Part shown: positions 19,753 to 30,348 of the stretch, piece by piece
Numbering within the stretch: position 1 is the stretch's first letter
Layout of the letters: the number at the start of each line of letters is the position of its first letter
DNA from: Candidatus Hadarchaeota archaeon
GTDB lineage: Archaea; CAYQAE01; CAYVLA01
Direction: 5' to 3'
DNA: 64,000 nucleotides
Assembly (NCBI GenBank): GCA_964621445.1
Contig: CAZUNO010000003.1
Coordinates: 32,001-96,000 of the forward strand
The notes under the pieces: generated by a model
Database searches by the model: none
Told to the model about the DNA's origin: nothing
Seen by the model: the letters and a program-made list of their open reading frames with translations, nothing else
Made by a program: the position numbers and the translations under genes

Positions 19753-20877
19753 TCAGCTAGGAGCGTAATGGCCTAATCTATTGATTTCTTCCAGCATGGC
19801 ACAGTAGTTCTCGAACTTGGTACCCACCAGGAGGGAATGGCTGGACGCGCATATGAAGCCACCTCCGGGGGAGGCGTACTTGAGTGCATAACGAGTGAGT
19901 TCCCTGATCTCCTCAACGGTTCCACCGGCAAGTCTCTCACATGATACTCCGCCCCAGAAGGTTATCCTATCCCCGTAAAGGTCCTTGAGCTTCGCGATCT
20001 CCATACCCGCAGTCGGTTGGATTGACTGGTAACCGTCATAGCCAGCACGGACGAAAAGATCCATTATGGGCCAGTTATTTCCACACGAGTGTTTCAGAAT
20101 CCAGACCCCCTGCTCGTGTGCTGCATCGCATTGCTTTTTCATCGCCGGAAAGTAGAGATCCTCTATTATCTCGGGCCTGAGAAAGGTCCCCTTGTTGTAT
20201 CCGTAGTCAGCGCCCGGGGCCAGAGCATCAACGCCCTCACGGGCCAGGATCCGGTCGATGTACATGGCCCTCTTAAGATTCACCTCAACCGCCTTCTTTA
20301 CGACCCAGGGTTTGGTGAGGCAAAGCCTCAGACCTCTCCTCAGGCCGCCGGGAAGTGCATAGGAACCATCCGGGCTTCTGGCAAAGATGAAATGGGTGTC
20401 ACCGAGCTCGTTTATCACATAGCGCACGAGTTCCAGGCTGCTCTCATCGATCTCTGGTTCCACGTACTCGAAGTCATCGACCGTATAATCACGATCCTCA
20501 TCGGAGTCATTCACCTTTATGATATTCTGGCTGGCCTCCGCGACCTTGTACACGTCCCCATTCTCGTATTTCCACATGTTCTTGCCTATTCTCTTCGGCT
20601 TTTCGTATTCCTCATCCTTGGAGGGGACGAGTCGCACCGGAACCATTTCCAGACCCATCTTCTTGCTGAACTCCACGATGTCCTTCTTCTTGCTCTCAAC
20701 GATTTTGTCCCTTTCCCCTTTCCATAGGCCCTTCCATTCCCTTACCTTGGCTCGCCAGTAGGTCTTATGGCCCAGCGCTGCCTCAATAGTCGGGAAATCC
20801 GTGGCGAACTCGCCGCTTGGTACCTTATCGGGTTCCTCTCTCATAAGGGTGGTGTGGACTCTTTCCTTTGGAAGCAC
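19753..20877 (-). CDS. Uroporphyrinogen decarboxylase / MtaA-CmuA superfamily protein
   Basis: ERV...L..EEPDKVP, ADYG, HSCGN, LKDLYGDRITFWGGV, GGGFI.ASSH. Confidence 0.82.
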   Translation of the reverse strand: MLPKERVHTTLMREEPDKVPSGEFATDFPTIEAALGHKTYWRAKVREWKGLWKGERDKIVESKKKDIVEFSKKMGLEMVPVRLVPSKDEEYEKPKRIGKNMWKYENGDVYKVAEASQNIIKVNDSDEDRDYTVDDFEYVEPEIDESSLELVRYVINELGDTHFIFARSPDGSYALPGGLRRGLRLCLTKPWVVKKAVEVNLKRAMYIDRILAREGVDALAPGADYGYNKGTFLRPEIIEDLYFPAMKKQCDAAHEQGVWILKHSCGNNWPIMDLFVRAGYDGYQSIQPTAGMEIAKLKDLYGDRITFWGGVSCERLAGGTVEEIRELTRYALKYASPGGGFICASSHSLLVGTKFENYCAMLEEINRLGHYAPS

Positions 20878-21085
20878 AATTCGTTTGCTAAATCATCTAG
20901 AAGAAAAATGTGCTCTTGCTAACAATAATCCTTTAAGCTCCACAGAGTATTGGTGGCATGACCCTCCGGTATCCATTCATTCCTGACCTCCGAGCATGGT
21001 CTGGATCCGTAAGCAATTGCCGCTAAGACGATGCCACGCCCCTACTCAGTAACCGTTTTATGGCCAGCCCAGTCTAGAAATCCCC

Positions 21086-21997
21086 ATGGCAGTAACAATT
21101 CTTCATGGAAGGTCGCCGCGGGTAATAATAATTCTGGGTGTACTTCTAATGGCTGTTTATCTTTCCGGCTGTCTATCGGAGGGAGAAGAGGGCGAAAACA
21201 TAGGGGTCATTGTCACCCTACCACCTCAAAGGGAAATGGCAGAAGCTCTGGGAGGAGACAGGGTAGATATCACGGTCATGGTCCCCCCTGATAAAAGCCC
21301 CCACGCCTATGCACCTCTACCGGCTCAGATGACCGCGGTGGCCGAGGCCGAGGTCTACATGAAGATGGGGAGTGGTGTGGAATTCGAGAACAATTACATG
21401 GACGAAATCATGGACCAGAATAAGGATCTACTGGTGGTCGATTGCTCCCAGGATATCCAATTAATAGATATGGGGGAACACCTTCAACAATCGAGCCCGG
21501 CCAATGCTCACAAGGATACCCATATCTGGCTCTCCCCTGAAAACGCCGCCGTTATCGTGGAAAACATGTTCCAGGGACTTGTGGAGGTCGACCCGGAGGG
21601 GCGAGAATTATACGAGCAAAACCGAGACGATTACCTGGAACGTCTACAGGGCCTTGACTCCTATATAGAGGAGCAGCTTCAGGGCATGGAGGGCGAAAGC
21701 TTCCTGGTATATCACCCCGCATGGGGATATTTTGCCGATGCCTACGGCCTCCGGCAGATGGCCATAGAGGAAGAGGGCAAGAAACCCGGCCCGGCCGGGG
21801 TGGCGGCCATAATCGAACAGGCCAAGGAAATGAATATTGGTGCCGTCTTCGTCTCTCCCCAGTTCGATCGCTCCGATGCGGAGACCATCGCTGATGAGAT
21901 AGACGGCGAGGTTATCGTTGTGGACCCCATGGCCCCGGATTACATCGAGAATCTTAAACACGTGTCCCGGATGCTGGCCCAGGGCCTCTCCGAGTAG
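21086..21997 (+). CDS. znuA: Zn/Mn ABC transporter substrate-binding lipoprotein
   Basis: LSGC lipobox, SPHAY, DTHIWLSP, YHPAWGYFA; TTTTAT box about 25 nt upstream suggests a leaderless start. Confidence 0.88.
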   Translation: MAVTILHGRSPRVIIILGVLLMAVYLSGCLSEGEEGENIGVIVTLPPQREMAEALGGDRVDITVMVPPDKSPHAYAPLPAQMTAVAEAEVYMKMGSGVEFENNYMDEIMDQNKDLLVVDCSQDIQLIDMGEHLQQSSPANAHKDTHIWLSPENAAVIVENMFQGLVEVDPEGRELYEQNRDDYLERLQGLDSYIEEQLQGMEGESFLVYHPAWGYFADAYGLRQMAIEEEGKKPGPAGVAAIIEQAKEMNIGAVFVSPQFDRSDAETIADEIDGEVIVVDPMAPDYIENLKHVSRMLAQGLSE

Positions 21998-22093
21998 CTC
22001 CATCTTTCCAGCAATCGGTAGGACATTAATAGACCCCTCGCCAAGATATTACAGTTCGCGAAAGATCATTAAAACTTGGATAGGAGGGGTGAA

Positions 22094-22864
22094 TTGACCG
22101 AGGAAAACTCGCCTTCAACCGTGATCTCTCTGGACGGAGTATGGGTGAGATTTGACCAGACGACGGTTCTGGAAGGCATAGACCTTTCGGTTCCCAGAGG
22201 AGACTATCTGGCCATCCTGGGACCCAACGGCGGTGGCAAGACCACCCTACTGCGTACGATTCTGGGTCTCGTGAAGCCCGATAAAGGCAAGGTTAGGGTG
22301 CTTGGAAAACCGCCCTCAAGGTCCAGGGATAGAATAGGATACGTTCCACAGTACACCAGGTACGATAGGGACTTCCCGATCAGCGTTTGGGATGTTGCCC
22401 TCATGGGCCGCCTACCACATAACGCACACGTGTCCGGTTACTCCAATGTGGACGAGGAGAAGGTCATGGAGGCGCTGGAAGCGGTTGATATTCAGGATCT
22501 CAGGGACAGACAGATAGATGAGCTCTCCGGCGGTCAAAGGCAACGGCTTTTCATCGCCAGGGCACTGGCCGTTGAACCGGAGATACTTCTACTTGACGAG
22601 CCCACCTCAAGCATCGATACCAGGGTGCAGACAAGCGTCTTCGACCTGTTGGCAGATCTTAACCGGGAAATAACCATAATGCTGGTGACACATGATTTAT
22701 CCGTGGTATCGACCAGAGTAAAAAGGGTCGCCTGTCTAAACAGGAAGCTCATTGTTCATGATGAAAAGCAAGTCTCCAAGGAGGAGCTTGAGGAGACATA
22801 CCAATGTCCCGTGGACCTCATCGCTCACGGGCGTCCCCACCGGGTTTTCGAGGAACATACATGA
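22094..22864 (+). CDS. znuC: Zn/Mn ABC transporter ATPase
   Basis: GPNGGGKTT, LSGGQRQR, LLLDEP, VTHD; C-terminal CPVDLIAHG.PHRV. Confidence 0.9.
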   Translation: MTEENSPSTVISLDGVWVRFDQTTVLEGIDLSVPRGDYLAILGPNGGGKTTLLRTILGLVKPDKGKVRVLGKPPSRSRDRIGYVPQYTRYDRDFPISVWDVALMGRLPHNAHVSGYSNVDEEKVMEALEAVDIQDLRDRQIDELSGGQRQRLFIARALAVEPEILLLDEPTSSIDTRVQTSVFDLLADLNREITIMLVTHDLSVVSTRVKRVACLNRKLIVHDEKQVSKEELEETYQCPVDLIAHGRPHRVFEEHT

Positions 22865-23703
22865 GCCTTGCTGATCTTTTCATGGCATTCCAGTACGCCT
22901 TCGTGAGGAATATGTTTCTGGCTGGCGTGTTGGCCAGCATAGCCTGCGGCATCATCGGAACCTACGTGATCGTGAAGAGATTGGTGTTCATCAGCGGGGG
23001 AATAGCTCATACCTGTTTCGGGGGCATTGGCTTGGCCTACTGGCTTCAATTCGAGCCCATGCTGGGTGCCGTTCTTTTCTCCTTGGTGACCGCGGTAACC
23101 GTGGGTATAACCAGCTTACGGACCAGGATAAGAGAGGACTCGACCATAGGAGCCCTTTGGGTGACGGGAATGGCTCTAGGAGTTATCTTCATAGACCAGG
23201 CTCCAGGTTACGTGCCGGATCCCATGAGCATTCTATTCGGGGACATCCTCCTAGTAAAGACACCCCACCTGTGGCTAATGCTTCTACTGGATATTGGCGT
23301 GGTGCTTACGGTGGCGATTTTTTATCGCCAGCTGCTGGCCATCACCTTTGACCGGGAATTTGCAGAGATCTCCGGCGTGAACACGGATGCACTGTACGTT
23401 TTGCTTCTAAGCCTGGTAGCCCTCACCGTTGTTTTATTGCTAAAGGTGGTGGGTGTGGTGCTGGTAATCGCCTTGCTAACGCTCCCCCCCACGATTGCCG
23501 GTCTATTTACCAACAGGATGAAGAGGATGATGGGACTGGCGGTCCTGGTAGGATTGGTGGTCACCACCCTGGGTTCGACCCTATCATGGCAGTACAATGT
23601 ACCGTCTGGACCTATGATCGTGGTGGTGGCCGTCTCCGCCTTGTTACTTTCCATGGGGGCAAGGAGAGTACTGGACGAGGTTAAAAACAAGGACGAGAAC
23701 TAG
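22861..23703 (+). CDS. znuB: Zn/Mn ABC transporter permease
   Basis: GGIAHTCFGG, LFGDIL, VGVVLVIALLTLP. Confidence 0.9.
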   Translation: MSLADLFMAFQYAFVRNMFLAGVLASIACGIIGTYVIVKRLVFISGGIAHTCFGGIGLAYWLQFEPMLGAVLFSLVTAVTVGITSLRTRIREDSTIGALWVTGMALGVIFIDQAPGYVPDPMSILFGDILLVKTPHLWLMLLLDIGVVLTVAIFYRQLLAITFDREFAEISGVNTDALYVLLLSLVALTVVLLLKVVGVVLVIALLTLPPTIAGLFTNRMKRMMGLAVLVGLVVTTLGSTLSWQYNVPSGPMIVVVAVSALLLSMGARRVLDEVKNKDEN

Positions 23704-24689
23704 GCAACCCATTCCATCATGGACTTCGTTACCTCATTATTCGGTTTCCGGCCCCTTAAAAAAAGATCCAGATCCTCCACCACGGTTCTTCCCTGCCTCC
23801 AGCGCGCCTCCCGGGTCTGACCCGCAATGTGCGGTGTCATGATGGAATTTTTCCCATTCTTCCCCAGATCCTCGGGCTCGAGATCGTAAGTGTCCAGAGC
23901 ACATCTAATCCTACCGGAGTTAACTTCCCGGGCCAGAGCGTCCTCATCCACCAGCTGGCTGCGGGCTGTATTCACGAAGATAGCCCCATCGGGCATTCTA
24001 GCCAGGAGCTCCTCGGTTATCATGCCCCGGTTTGCAGGTATATTTGGCGCATGCAGCGATACGACCCTTGAGCCGGACATTAGCTCCTCCAATGAACAGG
24101 GAAACGCACCTGATTTGCGTATTTCATCCCCGGGTTTGTACGGGTCATAGACGAGAACCCGACAGGAAAAGCCTCGCAGCAAGTCAACCACCCTACGGCC
24201 GACCTCACCCATACCTATGATGCCCACGGTTCGTCCGGTGAGCTCATGCATATCTCCAAACTCAGGTCGCCCCTCACCCCCGGCTTGGACGAAGCTGTTA
24301 TACCTACAGAGATACTTCAGGGAGGACAGTACTAGACCGACGGTAAATTCCGCAACTGAAACCGCTATTGCTGAGGAAGCGTTGGTAACGCAGATGCCCC
24401 GATTGAACACCTCGGGCTCGATATATGATCTAACGCTACCCGCAGCGTGGGAGATTATCTCCAGGATCTCCGCCTTTTCCAGAACATGCCGAGTCACTTT
24501 GGGCGAACCCCAGGAGGTGATTAATCCTCGATGCTCTGCAATGATTTCTGAAAGTTCCTCCTGTTCCATGTCTCCGGGGCCCTGGTAGTAGGTCACCCGG
24601 GCGAAGGACTCGAGCCTGGCGAGCGCATCCTTGTCAAATAGTCTTTCCTGAAGCGAAGGGCTTACAGCCATGAGTATCTTTGGTCCCAT
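23700..24689 (-). CDS. D-isomer-specific 2-hydroxyacid dehydrogenase family protein
   Basis: HAAGSV, VAE, GIIGMGEVG, FVNTAR, TPHIAG. Confidence 0.9.
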   Translation of the reverse strand: MGPKILMAVSPSLQERLFDKDALARLESFARVTYYQGPGDMEQEELSEIIAEHRGLITSWGSPKVTRHVLEKAEILEIISHAAGSVRSYIEPEVFNRGICVTNASSAIAVSVAEFTVGLVLSSLKYLCRYNSFVQAGGEGRPEFGDMHELTGRTVGIIGMGEVGRRVVDLLRGFSCRVLVYDPYKPGDEIRKSGAFPCSLEELMSGSRVVSLHAPNIPANRGMITEELLARMPDGAIFVNTARSQLVDEDALAREVNSGRIRCALDTYDLEPEDLGKNGKNSIMTPHIAGQTREARWRQGRTVVEDLDLFLRGRKPNNEVTKSMMEWVA

Positions 24690-24756
24690 GTCCAGATCCC
24701 TTGCACTTCTTTCTATTAACCGTAATTGGAAAAGGAGGGGTCGGGCAGCGAGAGAC

Positions 24757-27117
24757 CTACCTTTGTCTCCTTCTCAGCCAGGTCTCTGCAACACCTATGC
24801 CCCGATATTCGCCAACCATGGACCAGACCAGGGTTAATGATCCCCCCTCGGTTGCCTCTCTGGGTAATTCGAAAACGAACTGCTTGGGCTGTTTTGGAAT
24901 TTCCATTGGTCCGTGGACCTCGATACCACTGTTGGCGTCCAACTTTAACCTCGTGGTGTGTCTGTATCCCCCATAAGTTACCGTCAGCTCGTAAACCGAA
25001 ACGGGATCGAGGTTCTCGTAACGCATCTTCAAGGGGGCTCCCCAAAGGGTGTTTATCTGTCTCCTCCAGGACAGCCTGCCACCTTTGGCCTTCTCAAAAT
25101 CGAATGCCAGGGCCGGCCTCTCCACCCTGCCGGGATCCTCCTCCCAATCGATTTCCCTGACCAGGTGGGGTTGTTCCTCCGGGTTCCCTAGGTCGTCGTA
25201 AAACCCTCCAGGACCGGCGTCCTTCCAGTTAATCACCTGGTCCACGACCCGCGGGGTCTCCTCATCATTCCCGCTATCCAAAAGGGGTTCTAACTTGGCG
25301 GTAATCCATTCGGAATTATTCAGTGGCTCGTCGAGAAAGTCAAGAATGTCAGCTCTTTGCCGTCCTGCACCGTACTTCCTGCCCAGTTTCATGCCTATAT
25401 TCTGATTTAGTGAAGCAGCCAGAGCTTCGACCCTTTTTCTCAGATCGGTGTCTCCCCCTCTTCGACCAATGATATCCAGGCACGATCTTAGCGAATCCAC
25501 CGATACCTTGCCAGAAAGTTCCTTGAGAGCTTTTTTCTCCAGCTCGTGTTCCTCTTCAAGTTTCCCCTTCACGTATGCATCGAGGTAAGCTCTCAGCACA
25601 AGGAGCTGGAACCGCCAGTTATTCTTCACCGTCTGGGGAGCATCTCGCTCTATCTCACGCCACAATTCGAGAGTGGCTTCAACTGACTCGTTGGTCAGAA
25701 GACTTCCTTTCCAGTTTTGTTCCAGGGCCAAGATGCCCCTTGCCATCTCACCGTTCATGCGGCCTCCCATCAGGTACCGCGAATAATCCGTTAATATCTC
25801 CATCAAAGGGGTGTCGGGGTCCCAGTCCAGGGCGCTCCAAAGTATCTTGTTCAGGTCATCGTTCACACCATCTGAATATGTGACACTACCGCAGAAGTTC
25901 TCGGCGTACAGGTTATGGATATGCTTATGATCCCTGGGACGGGGGTTGGGACACTCCCGGCCCTCAATTAGGGCATATGCGTGGTCCCAATCAGGGGCCT
26001 GGTATTGACACCTTACCGAGTGGCATATATCCGGGTAATTCCGTACCTGGTAATCCCCGGGAAGCCTTTCTCGCATGGTCTCCACCTTCTGGGTTGCCCA
26101 TGGAGAATAAACGAGGCCCCCCAGCCAACTCGGCATATGTTCCTCGATATACTGGTATAGGTAATCATTTTCCCGTGGAGTGAACATCTGGTTGGAAACC
26201 CAAATCTTGGCCTGGGGATGATTTTCCCGGAGTATTGGTGCTAGCTTTCCGGCCAGCTCCATCATCGTCCTTGCCCAGGGCTGACATTTCTCGCATTCGC
26301 ATCCTCCAGGGTCCCCGCCAGGTATGAATACGTGATCTATCCTCTCCAAAGCTCCGAAAAGCTTACGCCTTGATTCCAGTAGTGCCTTTAGACCATTTGA
26401 GGTTGAAGGACAGAGGCGTTCACCGGGTTTGAAACCTTCAATTTCCTGACCCTCGAGAACCGTGTCATTCATGGGCATCCAAACATGGACCTGGAGATCA
26501 TAGGAGTCCAATATCCTCGATAGGTCTTTTGCCATTTGCCAGGCCTTACGCCCGAACCCAGCTTCGTTGATTACCTCCTTGGACGTAGACGGTGCTATGA
26601 GTTCTATGCTGTTGGCTCCCCAGGCCACGAGGTCCCTTATATACTGCTCGTATTCCTCCGTTCCCCAGGAATCGTAGGTGTTGCTCTTGCGACGATAGCC
26701 AATCTGATGGCCTCTCATGGGGTACTGGGGATTACTATGAAGGGAGAAATCGTGTTCTACCCCCACGCCACCGATGGAATATACCATCCTTCTCAGAAGA
26801 CGGCCCACCCCGAAGAGAAGTCCCCTGGAATCCGATCCAAGCACCCAGACCAGATTCCTGTCGCCATCAGCGCCAATGAAGTACCCCTCGGGTTCCACCG
26901 GGCAATTTTCGGTCCCAACTTCCTGGCCTAGATACCCCGGTTGATCCCTGGTTCCTAGTGCAATAACCGGCCGGGAATCATCACCCTCCCAATCTCCTAG
27001 ACGTACTCCGGTTCTCCTCTCAATCTCCTCCACCAGCATCTGTTTTGCCTTGGGTCCTGGTTTATCTTCGAAGAAAAGACGAACGCAGGCTTCGCTCAGA
27101 TCGAATTCCCTCTCCAT
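24757..27117 (-). CDS. Putative glycoside hydrolase (GH67/GH20/GH115-like N-terminal domain)
   Basis: EGY.I..., GSDSRGLLFGVGRLLR, P.YPMRGHQIGYR; C-terminal beta-sandwich-like region. Confidence 0.55.
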   Translation of the reverse strand: MEREFDLSEACVRLFFEDKPGPKAKQMLVEEIERRTGVRLGDWEGDDSRPVIALGTRDQPGYLGQEVGTENCPVEPEGYFIGADGDRNLVWVLGSDSRGLLFGVGRLLRRMVYSIGGVGVEHDFSLHSNPQYPMRGHQIGYRRKSNTYDSWGTEEYEQYIRDLVAWGANSIELIAPSTSKEVINEAGFGRKAWQMAKDLSRILDSYDLQVHVWMPMNDTVLEGQEIEGFKPGERLCPSTSNGLKALLESRRKLFGALERIDHVFIPGGDPGGCECEKCQPWARTMMELAGKLAPILRENHPQAKIWVSNQMFTPRENDYLYQYIEEHMPSWLGGLVYSPWATQKVETMRERLPGDYQVRNYPDICHSVRCQYQAPDWDHAYALIEGRECPNPRPRDHKHIHNLYAENFCGSVTYSDGVNDDLNKILWSALDWDPDTPLMEILTDYSRYLMGGRMNGEMARGILALEQNWKGSLLTNESVEATLELWREIERDAPQTVKNNWRFQLLVLRAYLDAYVKGKLEEEHELEKKALKELSGKVSVDSLRSCLDIIGRRGGDTDLRKRVEALAASLNQNIGMKLGRKYGAGRQRADILDFLDEPLNNSEWITAKLEPLLDSGNDEETPRVVDQVINWKDAGPGGFYDDLGNPEEQPHLVREIDWEEDPGRVERPALAFDFEKAKGGRLSWRRQINTLWGAPLKMRYENLDPVSVYELTVTYGGYRHTTRLKLDANSGIEVHGPMEIPKQPKQFVFELPREATEGGSLTLVWSMVGEYRGIGVAETWLRRRQR

Positions 27118-27178
27118 GATCTATCCTCCACGGTCACCGCTCTTCAATGAAACACATGTTTATCCTCCAAGGTATTGT

Positions 27179-27400
27179 TTATTCAAAGACCCTTACGCTA
27201 GGAAGAATGCTCATCCTGATATAGAGAAGGAAAAGGCCACCGAAAAGTATCAACACGCCCCAGGGAACGAACTTCCAACGCTCCGCCATGTCAGGTAAGG
27301 CCAAACCGAGAAGAAGAACCCCGACCACGAGCAGTACCAGGCCCATAAGGACGGGAAGCACTTTCTGGGTCCCTGACCAGGGTTCAAGGGCTTCCTTCAT
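27179..27400 (-). CDS. Small two-TM protein, last gene of the hydrogenase operon (EhbQ position)
   Basis: Two hydrophobic helices; ATGA overlap with the EhbP-like gene. Confidence 0.55.
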   Translation of the reverse strand: MKEALEPWSGTQKVLPVLMGLVLLVVGVLLLGLALPDMAERWKFVPWGVLILFGGLFLLYIRMSILPSVRVFE

Positions 27401-27672
27401 TCCTCAGCATCCCCCGATTTCATTGATTCCATGGCCTTCTTCACGACCTCAATGGCCTGTACCAGGTTTTCCCCCTCCTTGACCGGTCTCACCACCAGAT
27501 CCAGCTCCCTGATAGCCTCAATCATCCCCTCCGAATATATGGGTATATCGATCTTGACCGGCTCGTCCAAAGGATTACCAACCACAACGTCCCTGTAGGG
27601 CAGGTCGGCCACGGGCTCGCATATGTATCCTCCTAGATTTATGACCTTGCCCGGTTCAAAGTAATACTTCAT
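27397..27672 (-). CDS. ehbP: Energy-converting hydrogenase B subunit P
   Basis: NLGGYICE, LPYRDVVVGNPLDEPVKIDIPIYSE. Confidence 0.8.
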   Translation of the reverse strand: MKYYFEPGKVINLGGYICEPVADLPYRDVVVGNPLDEPVKIDIPIYSEGMIEAIRELDLVVRPVKEGENLVQAIEVVKKAMESMKSGDAEE

Positions 27673-28691
27673 CAGACGAAACCTCCTATGGTCATCACAA
27701 AGGTGAAGAACCCGACCAGGGTAAGGGCGATCGACAGCGGGATGAGCTGCCTAAAGGTCAGTATGGGACTGAAAGCGCTGAGAATTGACATGGCCACTGG
27801 CAGTATGAGGACCAGTAACAGGTGCAAAAGCAAGGCCACCTCATCCAGAGGGTTCAGCGGGATGCCAAGATATAGGGTAACAAATATGCTGGAAACGGCA
27901 AACATGACCAGGGCCCGCATGAGATAGTAACTAGCCCTCCAGCTGGAGGCCAGCTCCATCATAGGTCCCTCCAGGATGTCCGCCTTGGCCTTACCAATGG
28001 AGAACGGATATTCGTTAAGGATGGCCACGTATCCGAAAAAGAAGACTATGGCCCCGATAATCCCCGGAACGGTTAATATGAAGGGGTTTCCCCCAGATTG
28101 GGCATTGATAATATCCAGGATGTTTATCGATCTGGTGTAGGCAACCGGTATGAAAAGTGCCACGTAAAGGGGAAGAGAGGCTAGCATTATCATCTTCCAC
28201 ATTCTCACGGATCCCCAGTTCTCAAGGGTTGACCTCGCCGCCTGAGGCCACTTGGACCCCTTTGCGGTGTCCGGATATGGAAGCCTGACCGATAGAATGT
28301 TGGATGAGAGGTAGCCCATGACCACGTATACGAATTCCTCCACCTTGAGCAGCCCGATAATTGCCACCAAGCTACCAAGCCCCAGGATATCCGACCACTG
28401 GGGAGTGAGGAAAAGCACCACGAAGTAAACGGACCCAATGCCCACGAAGGGGCTCCACTTGTAGAGCGTGGGCATGGAGGATGTAATTATGGGCTTGTGC
28501 TTGAAGATAAACTTGAAAATGCTGAAGAAACCCGGGGTTAGGATACCGGGACCAATTCTCTGCTGGATTCGGGCCTGGATTTTTCTCTCAATCCCCGGTA
28601 ACACCGTTGCATAAAGCATGGAAACCATGGGTATTCCAAATGAAGCGATGAGAACGCCGCCAATGAAATCTGGATCGGTTAACCAGTCCAT
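27672..28691 (-). CDS. ehbO: Ehb membrane subunit O (NuoH-like)
   Basis: GIERKIQARIQQRIGP, PFSIGKAKADILEGP. Confidence 0.85.
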   Translation of the reverse strand: MDWLTDPDFIGGVLIASFGIPMVSMLYATVLPGIERKIQARIQQRIGPGILTPGFFSIFKFIFKHKPIITSSMPTLYKWSPFVGIGSVYFVVLFLTPQWSDILGLGSLVAIIGLLKVEEFVYVVMGYLSSNILSVRLPYPDTAKGSKWPQAARSTLENWGSVRMWKMIMLASLPLYVALFIPVAYTRSINILDIINAQSGGNPFILTVPGIIGAIVFFFGYVAILNEYPFSIGKAKADILEGPMMELASSWRASYYLMRALVMFAVSSIFVTLYLGIPLNPLDEVALLLHLLLVLILPVAMSILSAFSPILTFRQLIPLSIALTLVGFFTFVMTIGGFV

Positions 28692-28693
28692 CG

Positions 28694-29902
28694 TTACTGC
28701 CTCCTCATATCCTCCACGCTCATGATCCTCTCATCTCCCCTCTCATCAACCACCACGAATCTGTTGCAGCAGGTCAAACAAGGATCACAACTGGCTAGAG
28801 TAACCACGCCGTCGGTGAGTTGATCCCCTATACACGCAACTTCCATGGTGGCCAGGTTGGTCATGGTCGGTGTTCTGACTATGTAGTGATTGATCTTACC
28901 CAGAGCATTCAGGGAATACGAATGGTATAGCTCACCACGAGGGACCTCCGTATATCCATGTTGCATCTCCATGGCCCCCGTCTCCCAGTCCCTGTTCAGA
29001 ACCTGATCGTCCCCCATGGCCATTTCAACGCACTGCTTTGCGATATCCAGGGAGACAAAACACTCCAGGGCCCTGGTCTTAATTCGTGCCGCGTTGTCGC
29101 CCTCGTCGAGAACGACCATCTCCCAATCGAAGTTCTCGTACTCATACATGTGGGTCCGATGATCAAATTCCAGGCCCGAGGCCCTTCCCGTGGGCCCGTT
29201 TGCGTGGTACTTCTTGGCCATATCCCTGTCACAGAGCCCGACTTCGCTCAGCCTGGACATGACCATCACGTCGGATAATACACGGTCCACGAATTCCTTC
29301 AACTTTGCCTCCAGATCGTCCATGGCCGCCAGTATCTTCTTGCCCTTCCATTCCGGGATCTGTGTTCTGGGCCTCACCCCGCCGAGGACCGGTATGGAAT
29401 AGTGTACTCGATTTCCGGAGATCATGTACAATAGCTGCATGACCGGCTCTCTCATCAGGAAGGTCCGGTAGGCAAATGTCTCATGGCCCAGGACCTCACA
29501 AGCATGGGCTATGAAGATAAGGTGGCTATGCAGCCTCTCCAGTTCCTGGCCCAGAACCCGTATGGCCACTGCTGCCTCGGGTGGCTCTATTCCCAGGCCG
29601 ATCTCGGCTGTACGCACGGAGTTGAAAAGATGGCCATGGCTGCAGATTCCGCATATACGCTCGGTGATTATATTCGCCTTTTCCACCCGCATGCCCTGCA
29701 GTATTCTCTCTATACCTCTGTGAGCCGGGTCCACCTCGATTTCGCAGTCCCGAATTATCTCGTCCTCAACGAAATACCTGGTCCTATAGGGTTCAAGCAA
29801 CGCGGAGTGGTTGAAACCTATGGGAACCTCGGTCTCGAAGGTTTTTTCCCTCGACCTGCCCTTTCCCATGAATTCGGCATATGGATCATCTTCGGTAGCC
29901 AT
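28694..29902 (-). CDS. ehbN: Group 4 [NiFe]-hydrogenase large subunit
   Basis: L1 ERICGICSHGH, L2 DPCLTCCNR, EVPRGE, ELERLHSH; C-terminal extension after L2. Confidence 0.9.
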   Translation of the reverse strand: MATEDDPYAEFMGKGRSREKTFETEVPIGFNHSALLEPYRTRYFVEDEIIRDCEIEVDPAHRGIERILQGMRVEKANIITERICGICSHGHLFNSVRTAEIGLGIEPPEAAVAIRVLGQELERLHSHLIFIAHACEVLGHETFAYRTFLMREPVMQLLYMISGNRVHYSIPVLGGVRPRTQIPEWKGKKILAAMDDLEAKLKEFVDRVLSDVMVMSRLSEVGLCDRDMAKKYHANGPTGRASGLEFDHRTHMYEYENFDWEMVVLDEGDNAARIKTRALECFVSLDIAKQCVEMAMGDDQVLNRDWETGAMEMQHGYTEVPRGELYHSYSLNALGKINHYIVRTPTMTNLATMEVACIGDQLTDGVVTLASCDPCLTCCNRFVVVDERGDERIMSVEDMRRQ

Positions 29903-30348
29903 CAGTCGGACCTCGCAGAAAGTATCTTGATCGCCGTTGCAGCTGTAGATATTATGTCCCGGGGGCGTGGTGGACAGCCAGGGACCTTGGCGTCGACCGG
30001 TATTATCTCTTCAACCGGGCCCGCCAGTTCCCAGCTTGATCCAAGGTCGCCTCCCAGATTCTTGTACACGTTTCCATTTATGGCACAGGCACCAACCGCA
30101 GCCACGACCTTGGGCTCCGGTATCGCTTCGTATATCTCCTTCAACGCGGGTGCTATCTTTTTGGTAACCGGGCCGGTCACCAGTAAAACGTCAGCCTCTC
30201 TCGGATTCCAGGTGAGCAAGACGTTGTACTGCTCCAAATCGTGGACCGGGGAAAACATGGAGGCTACTATCTCTATATCACAGCCATTACATCCGCCGGT
30301 GTAGACCACCATGACATGAATTGAACGCTTTCTGGCCAGGGATTTCAT
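29902..30348 (-). CDS. ehbM: [NiFe]-hydrogenase small subunit
   Basis: [33 protein letters not shown]. Confidence 0.9.
   Translation of the reverse strand: MKSLARKRSIHVMVVYTGGCNGCDIEIVASMFSPVHDLEQYNVLLTWNPREADVLLVTGPVTKKIAPALKEIYEAIPEPKVVAAVGACAINGNVYKNLGGDLGSSWELAGPVEEIIPVDAKVPGCPPRPRDIISTAATAIKILSARSD

Noticed and set aside
20951-21037. tRNA-like element on the minus strand ending GCCACCA
   Set aside because: Only a 5-bp acceptor-like stem; no T-loop (TTCRA), D-loop or anticodon arm. No good C/D boxes or BHB either.
28694-29902. Selenocysteine or NiFe-less complex I-like large subunit
   Set aside because: Both CxxC motifs use normal Cys codons and there is no in-frame TGA.
29483-30304. 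273-aa plus-strand ORF and similar long antisense ORFs (e.g. 20089-20727)
   Set aside because: Fully overlap well-supported opposite-strand genes and show no recognisable motifs.
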